From Shimazuella soli (lineage in GTDB: Bacteria; Bacillota; Bacilli; Thermoactinomycetales; Thermoactinomycetaceae), in assembly GCF_022511585.1 (NCBI RefSeq), contig NZ_JAKWBN010000001.1:170269-234268 (forward strand): a stretch of DNA of 64,000 nucleotides, in the 5' to 3' direction. The position numbers were made by a program, and so were the translations under genes. Position 1 is the stretch's first letter. The number at the start of each line of letters is the position of its first letter. This document shows, in pieces, positions 29,561-38,844 of this stretch. The notes under the pieces are model-generated. The model was not told where the DNA came from and did no database searches. It was given only the letters and a program-made list of their open reading frames with translations.

Positions 29561-30676
29561 ATGGTAAATGAGCGTGTGTCTACCTTAGCTCATATTTTGG
29601 TCAATCACTCCTGTAAAGTACAACCAGGAGAAAAGGTAATGATCGATTTATTCGGCCAAGATAAAGAACTAGCCATTGCATTGGTGCAAGAAGTATATAA
29701 AGCCAAAGGGCTTCCCTTTGTACAACTAACGGATCAACTTGTACACCGCAGTCTATTACTGGGTACAAATTCAGACCACTTGGATTTCTGGACTCAAATT
29801 GGATTGGAACAAATGCAAAAGATGGATTGCTATATCGGAATTCGTGGAAGCGAAAACATCAGTGAATACAGCGATGTTCCAGATGATTTGATGAGCCTAT
29901 ACAGCCGTACATACTCCCATGCTGTCCATACCGAAGAACGGGTGAAAAACACAAAATGGGTAGTACTCCGTTATCCTTCTGGTTCCATGGCGCAACTGGC
30001 CAACATGAGTACAGAAGGCTTTACGAAGTATTTCTTTGACGTCTGCAATGTGGATTATGTCAAAATGGAAAAGGCCATGCGCCCATTAGTAGCGAGAATG
30101 GAAAAAGCCGATCATGTACATATAAAAGGACCGGGAACAGACTTGCAGTTTTCCATCAAAGGGATTCCTGTCATCAGTTGCGCTGGAGAACACAATATTC
30201 CAGATGGAGAAGTCTTCACCGCTCCAGTGAAAAACTCCGTCAATGGAACAGTCCAATACAATGCACCAACCATCTACAATGGTTTCTTATTTGACAATGT
30301 TAAACTTGAATTTAAAGATGGCAAAATCATCCATGCCACTGCCAATAATACGGAGAAGATCAATCAAATCTTTGATACCGATGAAGGTGCCAGATACATT
30401 GGGGAGTTTAGCCTAGGAGTTAACCCGAATATCAACCACCCGATGCGCGATATCTTGTTTGATGAGAAGATCAATGGAAGCTTCCACTTTACACCAGGTC
30501 AAGCATACGAAGAAGCAGACAACACTAACCGCTCTGCGATCCACTGGGATTTGGTCTGTATTCAGCGTAAAGAATACGGCGGCGGAGAAATTTACTTTGA
30601 TGGAGAGTTGATTCGTAAAGATGGATTGTTTGTAGTGGATGATTTGAAAGCACTCAATCCGGAGAATTTGAAGTAA
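29561..30676 (+). CDS. ampS: aminopeptidase, M29 (AmpS/PepS) family
   Basis: 371 aa, M29 thermophilic-metalloprotease-like throughout. Confidence 0.75.
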   Translation: MVNERVSTLAHILVNHSCKVQPGEKVMIDLFGQDKELAIALVQEVYKAKGLPFVQLTDQLVHRSLLLGTNSDHLDFWTQIGLEQMQKMDCYIGIRGSENISEYSDVPDDLMSLYSRTYSHAVHTEERVKNTKWVVLRYPSGSMAQLANMSTEGFTKYFFDVCNVDYVKMEKAMRPLVARMEKADHVHIKGPGTDLQFSIKGIPVISCAGEHNIPDGEVFTAPVKNSVNGTVQYNAPTIYNGFLFDNVKLEFKDGKIIHATANNTEKINQIFDTDEGARYIGEFSLGVNPNINHPMRDILFDEKINGSFHFTPGQAYEEADNTNRSAIHWDLVCIQRKEYGGGEIYFDGELIRKDGLFVVDDLKALNPENLK

Positions 30677-31029
30677 AAGGTTATAGCCTTGTAGGCAGGA
30701 ATGAAAAGGCGGTCGTTTCCCACAAATTAGCGGGAAGTGATCGCCTTGTTTTTTCTAGATGTATTCCATTTTAAATGCAAATACAGATACTTGCTTAATT
30801 TGCAAATCCGAATATATCTTCTTTTTGATAAAAAGTAGTAGGATCACTTGACATAGTTGATTTCGTTATCTTCTATTTCATTTTGGTTTTGATTTCTTTG
30901 TTAATTTCAAAATAGTTTCTATTCATCAGCTATTTTTTCATGTATACTGGAAAGGTTCTCTTTTCATATGCTTGAGATCTCGGAAAGGTCTAGCGGTGCC
31001 TTTTTTCTCTGATAAAAGGTATGCCTGAA

Positions 31030-31150
31030 AAGCAGAGCATTGGTCAACCGGACTGTCAGAGGTTCGATTCCTCTATCACCAATAAGGTGATTAGCTCAGT
31101 GGAAGAGCATTCGGCTTTGGTAAAGGGGTTCGAATCCCCAATGGTTTTGG
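31030..31150 (+). other. two tandem tRNA-like fragments (D-arm AGCTCAGTGG..GAGC and T-arm GGTTCGAWTCC) that do not fold into canonical cloverleafs
   Basis: agcagagcattggtcaaccggactgtcagaggttcgattcctctatcacca and ggtgattagctcagtggaagagcattcggctttggtaaaggggttcgaatcccc. The anticodon arms are too short or unpaired. Confidence 0.3.
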
Positions 31151-31435
31151 GAACCATGATATTCAGTGAAACTCTTTATGTAACCTTTTCTTGAGAATCC
31201 TTGGCAACTGTTGATTGCTAGCAGTTGCACCAAGATAGAAGCTTTGCAGTGGACGGATACCGGGTAAGATTTGTTTACTCTTGCATGCGAGCATCATTTT
31301 TAGATTTTGTAGGGTTACCTATAAACGGTAGGAATGATCCGCATGTAACAGTAGATAGACGCTTGGCCTTAAGTTACACTCCGCTAATATTTTGGAAGGA
31401 TTCCTAGAAAGGGTTCTAATTTTTGGGGTGGTTGT

Positions 31436-32566
31436 ATGTTCAAGGTAATGATTCAAAATGACGAGAGAGGGCTTCTTTTTAAGGATGGAAACTATGAAAA
31501 GTGTTTACAGCCGGGGAAGTATTATCTGAATCCATTTGTAAAATACAGTGTTGTAAAAGCTGACGTCAATCAGCCTTTTGATCCAGCAGATAAAAATATA
31601 AATATTTTTTTGGAAGATACAGAGTTACGAAAAGAGCTTACGGTTCTAGATATTCAAGATTACGAGATAGCGATTCATTTTGAAGATGGAAAACTTGCAA
31701 ATGTACTAATATCCGGAAAATACGCCTTTTGGAATGTACTAAAAAAACATGAATTTATCATCGTAGATAGACGAAATCCTGAGATTGATCCGAAGATCGA
31801 TGTTTCTGTTTATAATCATCCAAAAGTAGCCCCGTATGCCACTTATCATGATGTGAGAAGCTATGAACAAGGTATTCTTTACTATGATAATGTGGTGCAA
31901 AAAGTCCTAGATCCAGGCAGTTATATCTTCTGGAAAAGCCCAGTTCAAGTGACTGTGCAGAATATGGATTTACGGCAGCAACAAATCGACATGACAGGGC
32001 AAGAGATCATGACCGAAGATAAAATTTCCATGAGACTCAACTTTGTCTGTCATTATAAGGTGACAGACCCGCTAAGGGTAGTACAGATTAAATCATTTGA
32101 GGAACAGGTTTATATTGTACTTCAGCTGATTTTAAGAGAATTGATAGGGGCAATGAAACTAGATGACTTGCTGCACAAGAAGCAAGAAGTTGGTAACTAT
32201 GTATTGCAAAAACTAAAAGAAAAGAATAGTGATTTTGGTGTAGCATTCATTTATGCCGGCGTAAAAGATGTAATTCTGCCTGGAGATATAAAAGAAATTT
32301 TAAATACTGTACTCATCGCAGAGAAACGTGCACAAGCGAATGTAATCACAAGAAGAGAAGAGACTGCTTCAACGAGAAGTTTGCTCAATACAGCAAAACT
32401 AATGGAAGAGAATCAAACGCTTTACAGATTAAAGGAACTGGAATTTTTAGAGAAAATATGTGAAAAAATCGGCAATATCTCCCTGACGGCTGGAGGCAGT
32501 TTGCTTGAACAACTCAACACTTTATTGGCAAGAGGACAGAATGACGACAACGATAAGATGAAGTAG
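31436..32566 (+). CDS. SPFH/band-7 domain protein without TM anchor, N-terminal beta-region duplicated
   Basis: SPFH core (DLRQQQIDMTGQEIMTEDKISMRLNFVCHYKVTDP...AEKRAQANVITRREE), with a second SPFH-like start motif (ERGLLFKDG...PGKYYLNPF) at the N-terminus. Terminator at 32568-32604. Confidence 0.6.
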   Translation: MFKVMIQNDERGLLFKDGNYEKCLQPGKYYLNPFVKYSVVKADVNQPFDPADKNINIFLEDTELRKELTVLDIQDYEIAIHFEDGKLANVLISGKYAFWNVLKKHEFIIVDRRNPEIDPKIDVSVYNHPKVAPYATYHDVRSYEQGILYYDNVVQKVLDPGSYIFWKSPVQVTVQNMDLRQQQIDMTGQEIMTEDKISMRLNFVCHYKVTDPLRVVQIKSFEEQVYIVLQLILRELIGAMKLDDLLHKKQEVGNYVLQKLKEKNSDFGVAFIYAGVKDVILPGDIKEILNTVLIAEKRAQANVITRREETASTRSLLNTAKLMEENQTLYRLKELEFLEKICEKIGNISLTAGGSLLEQLNTLLARGQNDDNDKMK

Positions 32567-32755
32567 AAAGGATAGAATCCCATGCATGGATTCTATCTTT
32601 TTTCAACAGTGGAATAATTGCACACCAATGCAACTTAACAGTAGGAAACTCATTATGAAAGTAGATTTCTGAATTTACAGTAAAATGATAAAGCATTGCC
32701 CCCCACAGACCAAGCTGGAATGCGGGGGGCAAGATGGAGATATTCGGTTGTTGTA

Positions 32756-33877
32756 CTACTGGTTGGTCTCAGCCTTGTCTCCGGCCGCCGCCAGTGCGCG
32801 GTTGCGCCGGACGGACGACCAGAAGGACCAGGCGATCAGCACGACGCCGACGAGGCCGGTGATGACCTCGTTGATCTCGTACTGGATGGTGACCATCAGG
32901 ATGACGGCCAGCGCCCCGATTGCGTAGTGAGCGCCGTGTTCGAGGTAGACGTAGTCGTCGAGCGTGCCCTCACGAACCAGGTACACCGTCAGCGACCTGA
33001 CGAACATGGCACCGATGCCGAGCCCGAGCACCATCAGCACGATATCGTTGGTGATGGCGAAGGCACCGATCACGCCGTCAAAGGAGAAGGACGCGTCGAT
33101 AACCTCCAGATAGAGGAACATGTAGAGCGCAGCCTGGCCGGCGAGCTGGATCACGGACTTCTTCTTGCCGGTACGGGCGGCCTCTTCCTCCTCCTCGTGC
33201 TCCCGCTCCTCCTCAGCCTCCAGCTTGTCCTCGAAGTAGCCGGACAGACCGGCGACGATCATGTAGATGATCAGACCGGCGATGCCGGCGATCAGGACCG
33301 CATGCGACTTGTTAGCGTACCCGTTGTGCTGGTGGGCGTGGGTCGCGAAGGTGAAGGAGGTGATCAAGAGTACGATCAGAGCGATGCAGACCGACAGCAT
33401 GTCTACCTTGCCGAGCTTGGCCAGAGGCTTCTCCAGCCAGTTGAGCCACTTGATGTCGCGATCTTCGAAGATGAAGTCGAGGAAGATCATCAAGAGGAAC
33501 ATCTCGCCGAACGCGCCGATCGCCGGGTGGGCGTCTGTCACGTACTGCTTGTACAGTTCCTTGTTGGTCAGCGCCAGATGAACCGCATCGATCGGGTTCA
33601 TATCGGCGCTGATCGACACGATTACGACCGGGAAGACCAGCCGCATGCCGAACACCGCGATCAGCACGCCGACCGAGAGGAAGATCTTCTGCCAGAAGGC
33701 ATTCATCTTCTTCAGGATTCCGGCGTTGATCACCGCGTTGTCGAACGACACGGAGATCTCCAGAATCGCGAGAATCGCCACGATCCCGAAAGCAGCCCAG
33801 CCTCCGTAAAAGGAGGCTGTGGTCAGACCGAACGCAGTGGCTACGATTGACCAACCGAATGTTCTGAGCAACAACAT
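32756..33877 (-). CDS. DUF475 (TerC-related) integral membrane protein, ~62% GC, likely horizontally acquired
   Basis: Multi-TM protein with an internal EEEREHEEEEE loop. GC3-biased in this frame. GGGAG RBS. It is followed by a GC-rich hairpin (gccccccg...cggggggc) without a T-run. Confidence 0.6.
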   Translation of the reverse strand: MLLLRTFGWSIVATAFGLTTASFYGGWAAFGIVAILAILEISVSFDNAVINAGILKKMNAFWQKIFLSVGVLIAVFGMRLVFPVVIVSISADMNPIDAVHLALTNKELYKQYVTDAHPAIGAFGEMFLLMIFLDFIFEDRDIKWLNWLEKPLAKLGKVDMLSVCIALIVLLITSFTFATHAHQHNGYANKSHAVLIAGIAGLIIYMIVAGLSGYFEDKLEAEEEREHEEEEEAARTGKKKSVIQLAGQAALYMFLYLEVIDASFSFDGVIGAFAITNDIVLMVLGLGIGAMFVRSLTVYLVREGTLDDYVYLEHGAHYAIGALAVILMVTIQYEINEVITGLVGVVLIAWSFWSSVRRNRALAAAGDKAETNQ

Positions 33878-34321
33878 GAGTTGCTCCCATCTACTAGACG
33901 ATGAGGGTAACTATCCCTCACGGACTAATTCTGATTATACTATGTTTGCCAAAGAATTTACATTTCTAAAAAAAGAATAATTCCGTTAATTGGAACGATT
34001 TTCTTATTGGATACCACCACTTTTGATCCGTTCCTTTTCAGACATTTTGATATAATGAACCTGTATTTCTTTTTTCGATTTTTTTACCAAAATTTCAATT
34101 CTGTCATTTAATTATCTTAATAAAATCTGGTTAGAGGAGGTGGTTCTAGTGATAGTAAGGTTTTATCACCTACAGCTAGATTCCGCAGCGTCTCATGCAA
34201 AGATTGTTATCGAGAGGGCGATACTTTGCATGAGGGGGAGATTCTCTAAATCGCCAAAGTAAACCTCTTCGATAATAGCTTTGCCCCTTATTCTGATCAT
34301 AAAAATAAGGAGCTGGCGTAT

Positions 34322-34585
34322 ATGGCAAGCAGAAACGCTACTGCTGTTCTACCGGAGAGACTGCTGACAGAGATTCAAAAGTATGTACAGGGAGAGACAT
34401 TGTATATTCCGAAAACAAAGTCATCCTATAAGAAATGGGGAACATGTACAGGTTCCCGAAAATTAATTGCTGAACGAAATCAACTGATCAAGCAATTGTT
34501 TCAAAAAGGAAAAACAATCGCTCAGTTATCAGATGAGCATTTTTTATCCATAGAGAGCATTAAAAAAATCGTTTATTCCCGTTGA
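34322..34585 (+). CDS. small helix-turn-helix protein (CD3324/Mor-like family)
   Basis: LPERLLTEIQKYVQGETLYIPK...KWGTCTGSRKLIAERNQLIKQLFQKGKTIAQL. Terminator at 34588-34625. Confidence 0.4.
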   Translation: MASRNATAVLPERLLTEIQKYVQGETLYIPKTKSSYKKWGTCTGSRKLIAERNQLIKQLFQKGKTIAQLSDEHFLSIESIKKIVYSR

Positions 34586-34677
34586 ATAAAAGAAGCACCG
34601 ATTTTTACAAATCAGTGCTTCTTTTGTATGTCAAATTCATTTCCTAATTATTTTCAGCATTATCCAACTTTTAGGCT

Positions 34678-35307
34678 TCACATTCCATGTATCATTTTGC
34701 TTTGTTTCTTCATCTGATTTACGTATCGAACATTCCAAAAGATCATAATTCCCATAATACCATATTGCACGATTTGTGAGGCAATCAGAAAAGCTGGAAT
34801 GGATATCGTGTAAACAAGAATAACTTGTATGATCGTTATCAAAATCATCCCAGATCCCCAAACAAAGGACATCAATCGAAATGATTTTCGAAAACCTTCG
34901 TTTTCTTCCCAACGTTTTGCAATCATATCTTTGTTTGGACTAAAACGCATTGCAAAATGGTAAATAATCGGCTTGGAAGAAATCAACGAAACTAAAAAGA
35001 CACCTCCTAAGATGGCAGTAATATAAGACTCACGTAACAAGATAAATCGTTCATCACCACCGATTACAGCTGCAATGATTCCGAGTACCAATCCCAAAAA
35101 AATAAAGCCTGAAAACGCATCTACCTTTTTAATTGTTATCAGGCTATATACGGAGTCTAGCAATGGAACACAAGCTGCAATGATTAGTGCAGACACACTT
35201 GACATATGCGGTTCTAATAGCGTGTAAATGAGATACGGTAAAAAGATATTCACTAAGATCGTAATAAAAATTCCAACTTTTCCTTGTTTCACAAAAAAAT
35301 CCTCCAT
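34678..35307 (-). CDS. hypothetical multi-TM membrane protein
   Basis: 209 aa with ~5 hydrophobic helices. It is flanked by ~45-bp direct repeats. Confidence 0.45.
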   Translation of the reverse strand: MEDFFVKQGKVGIFITILVNIFLPYLIYTLLEPHMSSVSALIIAACVPLLDSVYSLITIKKVDAFSGFIFLGLVLGIIAAVIGGDERFILLRESYITAILGGVFLVSLISSKPIIYHFAMRFSPNKDMIAKRWEENEGFRKSFRLMSFVWGSGMILITIIQVILVYTISIPAFLIASQIVQYGIMGIMIFWNVRYVNQMKKQSKMIHGM

Positions 35308-35483
35308 ATATAATATTATTTTTATTTAGTATAAAATGCATGAAAGGAAAAAGGAACAGAAAAAACAGTTCTGTGAACATTTCTTTTGTATGTCAAATTT
35401 AATTCCTAATTGTTCTCTGCATTTTTTATCACTTCCTCAAAAGGTACTCTTAAAAAGAAGATAAAAATGACTGGGGTAGAAAA

Positions 35484-36308
35484 ATGAAGAAAATAGAAAA
35501 AGGCATATTGGCGGTTCCAGGATCTACACTCTACTATGAGAAACGAGGATCAGGACCGCTGCTCCTTCTTATCCATGGCGGAAATGGAGATGCAGATTCT
35601 TTTCCGATTGCAGATGATCTTTCCGACCGATATACAGTTGTCACTTATGATCGCAGAGGACATCGCCGAAGTAAGCTTGCTGATGAAAATGAAGTTTACC
35701 AAATCAGAACACATAGCGAAGACGCAAGTCTTTTATTGGCTTATCTAACAGACGAACCTGCATACGTATTGGGATGCAGCTCTGGAGCGGCGATCGCCTT
35801 AGATTTAGCTGCTCACCATGCCGATCAAATGAAAGTTCTTATTGCATTTGAGCCACCATTACCAACACTGCTATCTGGATCGGAACGGATACAAGCAGCA
35901 AAAACCTTATATGATTTAAACAAAGATTTTCAAACAGATGGCATTTCAGCGATGGCAGAGTTTGCGGATAAAATGGGTATAAAAGCTGTCCATAAGCCTG
36001 AACGACCTATAAATATCACAGAACAAAAATTAAAAGATATTCATTATTTTATCTCGCATGAAGTCCCTGCCTTGAAAGATTTTGTGTTAGATATTTCCAA
36101 ACTGAAATCTGCATTGACTCACTCCTCCATGAAAATCATCGCTGCTGCTGGGGAGGAATCCAAAGGTTATTTCCCATATCGATATACAGAAGCATTAGCA
36201 GAACAGCTCGAATTGCGGATAACGGAGTTTCCTGGTAATCATGTGGGATTGGTAGTATACCCTCAGGAATTTGCAGAGAAATTAGATCTAATCATTCGTA
36301 ATAGTTGA
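35484..36308 (+). CDS. alpha/beta-fold hydrolase
   Basis: HGGNG oxyanion-hole region and GCSSGA nucleophile elbow. Confidence 0.7.
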   Translation: MKKIEKGILAVPGSTLYYEKRGSGPLLLLIHGGNGDADSFPIADDLSDRYTVVTYDRRGHRRSKLADENEVYQIRTHSEDASLLLAYLTDEPAYVLGCSSGAAIALDLAAHHADQMKVLIAFEPPLPTLLSGSERIQAAKTLYDLNKDFQTDGISAMAEFADKMGIKAVHKPERPINITEQKLKDIHYFISHEVPALKDFVLDISKLKSALTHSSMKIIAAAGEESKGYFPYRYTEALAEQLELRITEFPGNHVGLVVYPQEFAEKLDLIIRNS

Positions 36309-36390
36309 GATTTGGCAGATAAAGCCCTCCTAAGAAGGAGGGTCCTTAAATAGCAATGTAATTAAGCTGCTGTGTTATTTATTGCAGGTT

Positions 36391-36711
36391 TCAATTTCCC
36401 ACAGCAAAAATATCATAGCTCTTACCATGTATATAAGTTGCATTACCCATATCCACTACCTGAGCATCGAGTAACACGATTTCGATTTGTTCTCCGTTTT
36501 CCCCCGTGATAAGCAGCTTACTTACTTTTCTGGCAGCGAGTGAAGGTTTTTTATAAGGTTTTTCATCCAACAAATAATCCATCCGAAGTTCATTTTCCCC
36601 GATGGACGTCAGAAATCGATTATAAAATCGCCACTCTGGCATCGATCTTAAAGATTCATCAAACGCTTTCACCTTTTCCTGACAACCTTCTATTTGTAAT
36701 TGTAAAGCCAT
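36391..36711 (-). CDS. hypothetical protein (106 aa)
   Basis: ORF with an AAGGA RBS, immediately downstream of the frameshifted DinB-like gene. Confidence 0.35.
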   Translation of the reverse strand: MALQLQIEGCQEKVKAFDESLRSMPEWRFYNRFLTSIGENELRMDYLLDEKPYKKPSLAARKVSKLLITGENGEQIEIVLLDAQVVDMGNATYIHGKSYDIFAVGN

Positions 36712-36717
36712 TTTTCT

Positions 36718-37200
36718 TCATCCTTTTTCGATAGAATTACAGATTTGATCCAATCGCCTAATTTCCATACGAATCAGTGCATGCAGCCATTGTTCGTTGT
36801 CATGTCTTCCACCCGGAAACAAAAACTTTGCAATATATCCTTTTCCGGCTTGATACAGCTCATCAACCACTTGTAACTTATGGTGATGCATCTGATCAGC
36901 GGAGTACTGGTATTTATCTGCTATCTCTTGCAGGGAGTTTGTTACTTCCAGCGGAATAGTTCTATTTTCGATGAGCCAATCAAGAGTCAATTTGTTGTAT
37001 GAAGTGGGCGTTCATCAGTCATTTGTTTGGATACCTGCCTTTTTATGGTTTTCATAATAATGAACAAAAGAGACTAAATATACAGTAAACGAGATAGAGA
37101 GATCTCCTATTTGCGAGAAAGTTTCCTGCTTACCCTCTCTGATTTGCTTGACTAAATTATATCCAAATGCATAAATTTCCATCAATAACCAATTTTTCAA
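36718..37200 (-). pseudogene. DinB_2/YfiT-like metal-dependent hydrolase gene, frameshifted into 61-aa and 90-aa pieces
   Basis: His-rich DinB-like motifs (SFVHYYENHKK ... ADQMHHHKLQVVDEL) are split across two frames 25 nt apart. The second piece starts with TTG. Confidence 0.3.
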
Positions 37201-37387
37201 CCAATTTAATCACTAGGATTGAATATTGGTGGGCATGGAAACAAAAAACGATTCAAAAAACCTTATATCTAAAATCCTTTTCAATATTTTTCATCTATCT
37301 AATGAAAAATGAATATTTGCTATTCGGCTACAAACCTATCATAATATTGGATAAATTTATGAAATAAGATCAGGACGTGGGAAACGA

Positions 37388-38725
37388 ATGAACTTTCAAA
37401 ACGATTTACCTCTTCTTGCATACATGGCTAGAAAAATCAGATTGGATCAAGGGCTGACGTTGGAGAATTTAAAGGATGAAAATATTTCCGTTGGTACGAT
37501 CTCGAATATTGAAAATATGGAGGGAAATCCTTCGGAGAGTAAGGTCTATTATTTGTTTGAAAAGCTTGGATACGATCGGGAGGGAGTGGAGGAGTTAAAA
37601 CGGAGGGAATTGTTAGAGATAGAGACATTACGGCGGAAGTTGGAATGTGTGGAGAGTATGTTAGATCAGGATTTGCCCCAAGCAAAGGAGCTTCTCAGTA
37701 GGTATCGAGTTAAGGAGTACCATGCTTTATTTCCCTATTCTCATTACTTACAGGCATTATATTCCTTTATGCGTCAAGATATAGAAAGAGCCCAAAAACT
37801 TTGGAACAGGACATTGGATCTATGTAATAAACAGATACTATCAGTCAAGCAACATCTGGTAGCAAAATGTTATAACGATTTAAGCGCATGTTGCTATCAG
37901 CAAAATGAATTGCATAAAGCGATTTATTATGTAGAAAAAGGATTAAAACAGTTTCAAGAGGAAGAACAACATGAAATCAAGTACGCTTTAATCTGTAATT
38001 ATATTTTTTACTTGAACCAATCCGGACGTATTAAAGAAGCATATGAACGAATAAAACAAATCTGGTCTTCCATTCATCATATCCAAAGCATGCGCGTAAA
38101 ACTACATCTGTATAAATCTCACTGCATTCTATTGAAGAAAAGTAATAAACTGGATGAAGCAGAACAATGTTGTAAGGATAGCATTGAAATTACGCAACGA
38201 AATTTATCACAAAAGAGTCTATTGCTCGACTTTTTAAACATTCTAGGAAGTATCTATTTAAAAAAGCAAAACTATGAACTAGCATTAGAACATTTTGATC
38301 TTGTTTTAGTTTTAGATGCAGAACGAAAATCTCCACGACGAAATGCAGATTCCTATACCTATTTAACGAGTTTGTACACTACTCAAAATAAATGGACTAA
38401 AGCACAGGAGTGTATGGAACAGGCTCTTTTAATTGGTAGGGAGATTCAAGATGATGTTCGATTGGCAAAGATCTTAATTGTTTCGGGGATATGTATGAAA
38501 AAACAAGAACTCTACGAAAAGGCGATTTCCTATTTTAAAGAAGCAATTGCACTTTGTGACAAGCATCGATATCTAAAACAGAAGTGTACTGCTGTGTATG
38601 AATTGACTGGGTGTTTTGATAAAATCGATAATAGAAGTGAATTTTCTCAATGGGCAGAGGAGTTTTACTTTCTGCAAAGGAAATTGGGATGGAAGCAAGA
38701 GGAGGATTTTTATGACATACATTAA
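37388..38725 (+). CDS. RNPP-family quorum-sensing regulator (N-terminal XRE HTH + TPR repeats; NprR/PlcR/Rap-like)
   Basis: HTH (LAYMARKIRLDQGLTLENL...GTISNIENM) followed by ~9 TPR-like repeats. Terminator at 38784-38818. Confidence 0.65.
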   Translation: MNFQNDLPLLAYMARKIRLDQGLTLENLKDENISVGTISNIENMEGNPSESKVYYLFEKLGYDREGVEELKRRELLEIETLRRKLECVESMLDQDLPQAKELLSRYRVKEYHALFPYSHYLQALYSFMRQDIERAQKLWNRTLDLCNKQILSVKQHLVAKCYNDLSACCYQQNELHKAIYYVEKGLKQFQEEEQHEIKYALICNYIFYLNQSGRIKEAYERIKQIWSSIHHIQSMRVKLHLYKSHCILLKKSNKLDEAEQCCKDSIEITQRNLSQKSLLLDFLNILGSIYLKKQNYELALEHFDLVLVLDAERKSPRRNADSYTYLTSLYTTQNKWTKAQECMEQALLIGREIQDDVRLAKILIVSGICMKKQELYEKAISYFKEAIALCDKHRYLKQKCTAVYELTGCFDKIDNRSEFSQWAEEFYFLQRKLGWKQEEDFYDIH

Positions 38726-38844
38726 TCATTACAAAAATTTTATGGGTGATGATGATGAAACTGTAAGATAATAAAATGGATTTAAAAGACACCACTTCTT
38801 CACGGAATGGTGTCTTTTAAATCTAGAGAAACTTTTAGAGATGT

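Noticed and set aside
31030-31150. Canonical tRNA genes
   Set aside because: The acceptor and anticodon stems cannot be paired by hand for either element, so they are reported only as tRNA-like fragments.
32696-33890. Long ORFs (384 aa plus strand, 192 aa minus strand) overlapping the DUF475 gene
   Set aside because: They are antisense or out-of-frame reading of a 62% GC gene. Only the 373-aa minus frame shows GC3 bias and TM-helix periodicity.
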